Shown one piece after another: positions 13,010 through 22,300 of a stretch of DNA of 38,096 nucleotides; positions within the stretch are counted from its first letter, which is position 1; each line of letters starts with the position of its first letter. The notes beneath the pieces were generated by a model. That model saw only the letters and a program-made list of their open reading frames with translations. It searched no databases and was not told where the DNA came from. Origin of the DNA: Intoshia linei (taxonomy: Eukaryota; Animalia; Orthonectida); contig LWCA01000232.1 in the NCBI GenBank assembly GCA_001642005.1, positions 1 to 38,096 on the forward strand, given 5' to 3'. Made by a program: the position numbers and the translations under genes.

Positions 13010-13910
13010 TTTGTATTATTAAATTAGAAAATGAAAAATTGCGTAGCAACGAAAAAAATCCGAAGGATTCAATTTATACATGTCCACTCATTTCTCTTCA
13101 TGTAAAATGTGCAGTCGTTCAATGCACACATGTTTTTTTTTAAAAATTGTAGGCTGAATATTTACTTTTTAATATTTAATTTGCAAACATTTCAAAAATA
13201 TTGGTGAATAATATATTTAAATTGAGATTGAAATTTCGTAATTGTATAAACTGGAATAAGCTGTATCAGAATAATTTTTTTTTAAATTATAGGACCATCA
13301 ATTATTTCAAATTTTTTGTTTTAATAAAACACTTTACTTATCATTCATTAGACCGTAAAGGCGCCAATTTGTGAGATTGAAATTTTTTGTGTGTGTTCAC
13401 TGGATATAACTGTATTAACTGTATTTTTGATTAAATTTTAGGAGTATTTTCATTTTTTATAAAAAGGGAAATCTGGAGTTTTGGTCGTGAAAATGCATTT
13501 TGTTGAGGTTGCCATTTATAATAATGCTTATGATTTTAAAAACCATCCCAGAATTTATGTTTTATAAAATTTTAATACATGTTTCTTTTTTATAAACGTA
13601 GTATAATTAGTGGTTTTGACCATGAAGGTATGCGTTACTGAGGCTGACATTAACGACAATGTTAATCATTTTAAAACGAGCATTTAATGTATGCTTTATT
13701 ACATTTTTTGACTTATATTTTTAAACATAAGGGCAATTTGTGCTTTTGATCCTGAAGGACCAAAATTCTGAAACTGAAAAATAAATATAAACACGCACTG
13801 TGAAAAAAGGCATCAGAAACTAAATTTTTTTAAATTCAACGACTGTCAATTAGTCTCAATAAACGGTAACACAGACACACACTGACATTTGATTTTATAT
13901 AAGTATAGGA
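13010..13910 (-). mobile_element. Helitron-like family B copy (5' end near 13910)
   Basis: Reverse complement starts a|tcctatacttatataaaatcaaatgtcagtgtgtgtctgtgttaccgttt and continues into blocks shared with family A (ggaataagctgtatcagaataat; tggatataactgta). Confidence 0.75.
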
Positions 13911-15054
13911 TTTGTGTAAAGAGTTTAAAAAAAAATTGTGATCCCACTTTTTTAATTTATTAGAGAGAATCAATGTATAATTTTATAAATAAACTAAAAA
14001 CAGTACAATCCTAAAAATTCGTTTTTGACCAGAATATGTAGATTTCTTATGTTTAAATTTTTTAACTAGATAAACTAAACAAACTGAATTAGAATAATCG
14101 TTTTTATAATTTACAAATAAAAAATAAATAATGTATTAACTGTATTAAATATTTATTTTTTTAATTCTGGAACAGACAGTTTCTAAATAAATGGTTACAA
14201 TACAAACAACCATGTTTTGAGCAACTGTTACTTTATAAATGTAAGAATTTTTAAATTTAACAATGTAATTTACTAATTTTTGTAGTGTTGTTATATTTCT
14301 ACTAAAAATATTTCTGGATGATGGTAAGACTTTTTTAGTTCAATAATTTTTTAGGCCTCAACAGTTGACTTTCCTTGAAAAATTCTTAGTAATTTACAAA
14401 TTTTTATCAAAAAATTCTCTCCTTTTGAATGCAATTACATATTGGCCAAATATCTCAATAATTTAATATCCACCTGCAAAATCTCAAAAAATCTTATTTA
14501 AAGCAAAATAAACTTGTAGATATTGGTTAATAATTAAATTTAATTAAAATGTACTATACATTTACATTTTGCATATATATTACTCATTATAAAACGTCAA
14601 TAATTTATAATTTATGAATTATGCATTCAAGTTAATTGAAAATAAAAGTGCTCTAGAACAAAAATAAGATGTATTCAAAAACGTCTAATTAACAAAATTT
14701 GGTTTTTAATCTATAATTAAGAAATATGAATGATTGATCGTTATCACTAGTATAATAATTTGACAGTATCCTTCAAGTATAATTAAGTGTTTATCGAAAA
14801 CTGATAAATGATTCAATAAAATTGCGATTAATTTATTTTTATAAAATCTAGAATTTAAAATCTAAATTGAACGTGTCATACCAATGATGTATCTACGTCA
14901 TATTAATCTAAATAGATTAATATTAATAACATTAAATATTTTATTTATTTATAAATCAATGCAAAATTCTGGTTTAATTTGAATTGCATTTAAAATGCAC
15001 ATTAAATTACATAAATGATTTGCATTACATTGCATTTCAATTTAGAGGTTTATT

Positions 15055-17982
15055 ATGGTACAAATTATAAAACATCAATTTGGACAATTAATAATTATAT
15101 TAGATTTTTGTGGCTATTACTGTAAATGAAGCTATGAATGCTATTTTAATTTCAAGTAAAATTTACATTTAAATTTATAATTATAAATTTAATAATATAA
15201 TGGCCTGCATATTCAATCAAATATGACATTTTTGGACCATGTACTTTTACTTATCCAATTTAATGTAGATATCGTATTCATCGATTTTCTATGCTTTTAG
15301 TTTATGTAATGCTATTTTAGATTAAGATTTTTTAATATTTCTTTATATATTAATTTTAATTTGCTATTTTTAATTTTTTTACAATTAAGATGAAATTTAA
15401 TTTGATTCATCAGAACCTTTTTCAATTTACGGTTGAATTTTTTTATAAACAAAGAAAATTTAGTAATTTCTTGGTTATTTAACTTTTAAATGCTTTTAAG
15501 GGATTTACCATTTACATTAAAATGTATATTTAGATCCTTTCACTATTGGAATTTATCTTACATTAGTTATGTGCATTTTCTCGACTTTTTATGGTATGCG
15601 TTATTAAAAATATAGTGTTTTTTTTTCATTTTAATTTAGGCATTTCCAATATTGACAATTGTCCTATACAACCAAATTTACCTATATATTTAATGAGTAT
15701 ATTACAAACATAATATTACAGTTGTATATCCGTTTTAATAATTCAATTATTTCGGTTTAATCGTATCTACCGTAAATTTTTGTCCTAGAATTTATGTTTT
15801 TTTAAATTTTTGGGTTGATTTTATTTAAAAAATAAGAAATTGGGTTTTTCATCCTAAAGGACTCAATTTCAGGAAATGAAACTTAAATATAAATAACAGA
15901 CACGAAAAAATTTATTAGAAACTGGGTATTGTTAAATTGTACTACAGTCAATGTTTTAAATAAACGGTAGCACACACATAGACATTCAATTATACATCCT
16001 TACTTACATGTTACATGTTAATAATATGCTACGCGATTTTTGTTTGCGTGTGTGTGTTCACTTTATTGAAATAATTACCAATCTTAGAAATTTATAAAAT
16101 CCACATTTCAATCACAGTTTTTTCCGAGACGTATAATAACATAAATTGCAACCTCCCAAACTCACATCTTACGGATCAAAAATCCCAATTGTCCTTTTTT
16201 TTAAAAATAAAACAAGTTGGAGAATATAAAAAAATATATACGCTGATGCTGATTTTAAAATCATAAACATTATCATAAATTTAAATTTAAAAAAATAATA
16301 TCTTCATTGTCAAAACCCCAAATTACCCTTCTTTTTTTAATGAAAACAGCCCTAGAATTTAAAAAATTACAGGTGGTACAGTTGTATCCTGTTAACACAC
16401 ACAAAAAATTTCAAAGTACAGTTGTATCCTGTTAACACACATAAAAAATTTCAATCCGAATAAGTGACGACCTTCACAGTCAAAAAAGCATTTTAGTTTT
16501 ATATATTTTTTTTGAGAAAATATTTTATTAAAACAATAAATGTGAAATAATTAACGGTCCAAAAATTAAAAAAAAAGATTATTCTGATAGAGCTTATTCC
16601 AGTTGATATAAATACAAAATTTCAATCCCAGAAATCTACGCATTCCCGGTGAAAAATAATTTTTAATATATTATCAACCAATATTTTTCAAATATTTCGA
16701 TTAAAATAAAAATTGAAAATGTAAATAGTGATCCTACAATTTCAAAAAAAATGTGCCTTGAACTTCTACATATTTCCAATAAAGAAATATGGGTGAAAAT
16801 CTATATAATTCATTCTTTCGTAATTTTTAAATTTCAAATTAATCAACTTAAACTACAACAAAACTAAAAGTAATACAACTTTGTTAATATTATTTTTATA
16901 TTTATTACAATCCTTTGCAATTTTGGTAAAATTCGCACGAAATATGTTTTTAAAGTAAAGATTCGGTTAATTATTGCTACATAATTGGTATTTTTAAGTA
17001 TTTTAATAAATTGGTACTGAATATATATCATCACATTTAAAATGACAAAATAGGTTAATATTTTATTTTTTCTGGAATTTATGCTATTTATAACTGCTAT
17101 GATTGGACTGTTTTTATTTGATTTTTAAATGTTAACAAACAAAAAATTAAGATGGAACAATTTACTTTAAAATAAAAAGTAATGATATAACGGTTCCACC
17201 TGAAACAAATATGTGAACCACTTTTTTAAAGGATTGATAATAGTGAATAGTAGGATTTTTAAGTTAGATTTTCAACGGGGATTGATAATAGTGAATAGTA
17301 GAATTTTTAAGTTAGATTTTCAACGTGAATTTATTTAAGTATAATACAAATGTGCCCTCGGCAAATCTAGATCCTTGTTTGTACGTAGTACATAACAGTC
17401 AACCTAGTACATATATATTATTGTAAGTGAAGAATTTCATTTTAAGTGTATAACCTAGGATCCATATGGGCCAGTTCGTATATTACATGTAATAATGTTA
17501 AACTTATTTTTCACAACCAATTATAGTTATGGGTGGATTTGGAACGGTTAAAGCCACATTTATTTTAATAAAACAAGCAAAAATCAAACACAACATAAAG
17601 GAAAACATTTGGGCGCACGACGAAAATAAAGATTCACCAAACATTATTGAAGACGAAAACACCAATACATCCACCGTGTTTTTTGATGTATTTTTAAGCC
17701 TTTTTTTATTGGGTATAAATATTAGTTATAGAACAAATTTAAAATTTGTATGTCATTTTTATTTCATAAAAATATTTTACATTTAAATTTATAGGATGGT
17801 TCATATACGGACAATATCTGACATTCATTATATGGAAACCACCATTCAAAATGGCAATGATTGGTCCGGACAATTGGTGTGATAAGACATTTTACTATTT
17901 CATTTTTGGAAATATTATCATTTCCTACTTTGTTTTATTGTTGTGTCTATTTATTTCGATATCCATAATGTATTATAAATGA
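15055..17982 (+). CDS. TMEM272: TMEM272-like transmembrane protein. Exons (15055-15057?), 15104-15155, 15534-15593, 15640-15696, 17527-17712, 17795-17982
   Basis: Spliced frame: ...NEAMNAILISNPFTIGIYLTLVMCIFSTFYGISNIDNCPIQPNLPIYLMIMGGFGTVK...FLSLFLLGWFIYGQYLTFIIWKPPF...DNWCDKTFYYFIFG...YYK*. This matches the TMEM272 motifs CPIQPxIPxYLxxGG, WFIxG and CDKTLY. All GT-AG junctions keep phase; the 5' end is uncertain. Confidence 0.85.
15715..15996 (-). mobile_element. Helitron-like family B 5' region in a TMEM272 intron
   Basis: taaacggtagcacacacatagacatt and catcctaaaggactcaatttc match 13740-13890 and the reverse complement of 28800-28960. Confidence 0.7.
15997..17407 (+). mobile_element. Non-autonomous Helitron-like element, family A, both termini present (~1.4 kb), in a TMEM272 intron
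   Basis: 5' TC after host A, 3' CTAG before host T, no TSD. Subterminal hairpin tgtttgtac-gta-gtacataaca and a (GT)n/GTTT microsatellite near the 5' end. At least six related copies lie in the window; no Rep/Hel ORF. Confidence 0.85.
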
Positions 17983-18060
17983 ATTTTTCTATAGTTTACT
18001 AAGAACAACTAGTTAAAATATTTATTTCAACAGCAACTGCACTTCAACGATTTTGATCAC

Positions 18061-18386
18061 CTAAAATTGCCTTGATGATAAAATTCTAGAATATTCTTCT
18101 TTCCTTTGTTCAAGTGAAAATATTAAATGTTCCAATTGCTTATCCTAAATTTTTGTTACAAATTAAACAGTCATAAAACTTGAATCTTAATTTCATCAAT
18201 TCTTTTTTCTTTCTGACATTTTAAATTTCTCAATTTTTCTTGATATTCAATGTCGTTTCCTCCTTCAAAAGCCACTAATTTAAAGATAAATCCACATCAT
18301 TTAAATGTAAATTTACAATTATTATCCCTACGTTGTTCCTTTAAAATAAATTCACGCAACTTATCATGTGTATCCTTAATCACCAT
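18061..18386 (-). CDS. Unknown 82-aa coiled-coil protein. Exons 18386-18317, 18274-18180, 18144-18061
   Basis: Removing two GT-AG introns (42 and 35 nt) gives MVIKDTHDKLREFILKEQRRDNNLAFEGGNDIEYQEKLRNLKCQKEKRIDEIKIQDKQLEHLIFSLEQRKEEYSRILSSRQF*, E/K/Q-rich with a heptad pattern. Absent from the ORF track; no family recognised. Confidence 0.65.
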
Positions 18387-18440
18387 AATGACGAAATAAA
18401 CTTTTATTATTATAGAAACGTAAAAATTATATACATGTAT

Positions 18441-19283
18441 TTATTTTTCCGTAGTAAAAGGAACAAATTTTGGTGCGTTTGGCGTTTTTTCAATCTACAA
18501 TATTGAAAATATGCAAGTATAATAATAATTAAAACCTTGTCAACTTTTGGTTTATATCGATACAAAGATCCACCCAACATGAAAGTGGTATTTTGAGTCA
18601 ACAACATGATACCGATTGAAACATCCACCATTCCATTTACATATATTTTTGATCCCATTAGAGTTTTATCACTAGATTAGTAAAATATACACTAGTTTTA
18701 CACATTTAAACTTGATTCCATTTATGGGCGTCACATTTGTACCATAACATCTATGAACGCCATCAGTCAATAATAGTTTGTACATTTGGGAGCTATGTTC
18801 AAAACTAGTCTCCTCATCGTCAAACTCAGCAATTTCACTCTTTGGTACCGAAATGTTCATGCATTGGAGAATTTGAAAAACTGAATTTATTTGTTTCTAA
18901 TTTATACATTAGTTTATTATTCATAATTACATCATGATTACTCTACATATTTTGTCCTTTAGTGTATTTTCACTCAGTCTCAGTTCAGTCAGCATGGTTC
19001 CATTCGATATTAGACACAAGTCGGTCTAATTTAGCAATAAAGATCCATACGATTCATAGATTATTAATTTTTAAATTACGTTTAAAACTTGTTTTAAAAA
19101 ACTTGACGCATTAGATATCACACATGGATTTTCCAAATATTCAGAAATTTTAGTATCTGCGTCGTCATTTAAATTTAGACTAAATAAAAAAAATTAAATG
19201 AAAAATTTTCATAATTACAGATTCAAAATTATCTCGGGTGAAGCATCTCTAGGTACATTAATATTTGCTAATTTAAAAGACAT
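18441..19283 (-). CDS. RMI1/TDRD3-type N-terminal OB-fold protein, putative topoisomerase III partner (~207 aa). Exons 19283-19219, 19179-19080, 19025-18942, 18896-18712, 18671-18536, 18494-18441
   Basis: Spliced frame: QVLNTDLCLISNG...VFQILQCMNISVPK...MYKLLLTDGVHRCYG...MGSKIYVNGMVDVSIGIMLL...MLGGSL...APKFVPF, the RMI1_N/TDRD3 OB-fold signature. Five introns of 39-54 nt keep phase; the intron 3 boundaries have an alternative in-frame solution. Confidence 0.8.
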
Positions 19284-19377
19284 TTAATTTAAATTAAACA
19301 AAACTTTATTTTATTTTAAACGAAACTTTATTATAAACTTAATCCAAGTTTATTGTAATTTTGTTTTATTTATTAAT

Positions 19378-22300
19378 TTACATTCCATCATAAGCTGGAC
19401 CTTCACCACCTTGTGGTACTACCCAATTGATGTTAAAACTAGCATCACGGATATCACATGTTTTGCAATGAATGCAGTTTTGAGAATTTATTTGTAATAC
19501 CATTTCACCATCCGATTCGACAAATTCATATACACCGGCAGGGCAAAATCTTTGCTCTGGGCCGTCAAATAATTTTAAATTTCGATCAATTGGGATTTTG
19601 TCGTTTTTTAGTGTCAAATGAGAAGGTTGGTCCTCGTCGTGGTTTGTATTTGTTAGAGCGACAGAATTTAACAGGTCGAAACTTATTTTATTATCGGGTT
19701 TTTGGTAAATTTTTTTTGTGTGTTTACTTGCCAAATCGAAATTATTTGATTTGTCCGGTTCTAAAATAGATAAAATAAGTTTGTATAATAACAATGAAAT
19801 TTACGTTATAAATTTTTGGCTTGTATAAAATAAAATTGTATATGCCATAGTCTCGTAAGGATTAATATAATTTTTTTAATATTCAATTTGGAAAAATGAA
19901 GCCCCATTTTACAAAATTTTCATCGAGGTACCCCAAAGAGTACGGTACGGTAGATTCGACACTACATCCATATAATGTGTTATCATCCGTTCGAAGTTTC
20001 AGTTAAAATTAAATAATATTCTTTATAATGAGTGAAATTGCAAAATAACTGTTTAAATCATTTTGAAGAACGCATGAAGACGGTAACATATAAACTTAAA
20101 TTCATTTTAAACATAATGATAATATGGGAAATCACTGGTTACCAACATAGTTTTTGGGTGTTGCGATTTTGTCCAAAAGCCTAGACCATGGGTGCACAAC
20201 CTTTCCACCAATTCAGCCACAATGCTACTTTTCTCACAGATACTACGGCCGCACAAAATTTAGAAGATTGTAGGCTAATATAAAATTTTTAACATATTTC
20301 ATTAAATCATCCAATTTAATATAATCTTAAAAAAAAAATTTAGAACAAACCAAAATTTTACCAACTCTTAAGGAAGAAAATCATTTTTACCAATATTTTT
20401 TTTAAAAATCCATTTTTATAAAGTTTTAAAATAAAAACTACCCTATCTGATTCCAAAAGAAAAAACCAAATTTTACCAACCCTTAAGGAAAAAAATCGCT
20501 TTTATCAATATTAGTATGAAAAATCCCATTTTACAGAATTTTTAGATCAATAATTCTTCTAACTGATTCCATAATAAAAAACCTGATTTTAAAAAAATGT
20601 GAAAAATCTCCTTTTACTAATATTTTTTTAAAAAAACATTAATCAATAATTTTTCGGTATATAATTAATAATAATTGGACAACAGAAAAAAGTTCCATTA
20701 AAAACCGATTTATTGATACATTAGAGTGGCAGACATAATAAAAATATGTAAATATTAATAATGACATAAAAAACACATCAATGACTACCTTGATTTTGTG
20801 TGCCCTTCGCTAACATTTGAGAAACTGGGCAAAGTGAAGAATGTAACCATTGAATTAAAATATTTTAAATATACCTTGAATAAAATCTCATTTCAACTTT
20901 TCAATTTAAAGTAAAATGATATATTGCATTATAATCAGATGTATTGCCCACGGCCGCACGTTATGCACCCTGGCCTAGACCATGGTTACCCAACCGCGGT
21001 GGCAACCATTAATGGGTTGCGAGAAGTTGAAATTATTTATACTTGTTTTTTCAATTTATTATTATAATCATTATATTAATTAAATTTTCAAAATTTATGA
21101 TACAGAGGTTGTCATTAATGTTTGTGTGAGTTATAAATGGAAAGAAAATAATATTTTTTTATTAAAACTCAGAAAATACATTATCCAATTCAGTTAAAAT
21201 TTAACTAAATATTTATATAAAGTCAAAACTACTTATCTATGAAGACGAATAAAAATTTTGGGCTTAAAATTTATTCCAAATAAACTAAAAGTGATAGTAC
21301 GTATTTTTCTTGCCACTTTAGTTAAATCATTTAACTTAAATGAATGTTAGGTCACAGCAACACTTACATTTCCAGTATACATGTAAAATATCAAAATTAT
21401 CCTAATTTTGTAACTAAAAAGTAAACCACAATATTTTGACCATTTGAAATTTTATAAAGTCCACATTTCAATTACAGCTTTTTCCGGGGTTAGCAAAATA
21501 AATTTCAACCTCCCAAACTCAATCTTATGATTCAAAAAGCCCAATTGTCTTTTTTTTTAAAATCAAACGAGTTCGAGAATTTAAAAAAATATACACTCTG
21601 ATACGGATTTTAAAATCATAAGTATTATCATAAATTTAAATTTATAAAAATTATATCTTCAGAGCCAAAACCACAAATTACCCTTTTTTTTTAATAAAAA
21701 AAGCCCTAGAATTTAAAAAAATTACAAGTGCTAGTTATATCCTGTTAACACACACCAAAAATTTCAATCTGTATCAGTGATGCCTTCACGATCAAAAAAG
21801 AATTTTAGTATTGATACATTTTTTTTCGAAATATTTTATTATATCATCACGTTGAAAATGACAAAATAGGTTTTTATAATTTTGTTTTTTCTAAAATTTA
21901 TGCTATTTATAACTGCTATGATTGGACTGTTTTTATTTGATTTTGAAATGTTAACAAACAAAAAATTAAGATGGAACAATTTACTTTCGGCAGAGCTAGG
22001 TCCTGTTTGTACGTAGTACATAACAGTCAACCTAGTTTAGTTTATACAATTTTTTGATTTAAACAATAAATACACTAAAGTATATAAAAACCTTTATATT
22101 GAAGTGTAAAAGGTTCGCGTCCTTGTAAAATGAAATAAATGGCACCAGTGTAAGCCATACCAGAGTATAATCCAAACCTATTATTAAAGGAAGGTTTGAC
22201 ATTACGACAAGAATATAATTCCTTCACAACTGGACCATTTCTAAATATTTCATCGTAATCAGTCATGTCAACCATTTCTAAACGGTTAAAATAATATAAA

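Noticed and set aside
17459-17488. Candidate TMEM272 exon GSIWASSYIT
   Set aside because: Exon 15640-15696 (CPIQPNLPIYLM) joins directly to 17527 and restores the family motif, so this exon is unnecessary.
19458-19769. 103-aa plus-strand ORF
   Set aside because: Antisense to the last ETFDH exon.
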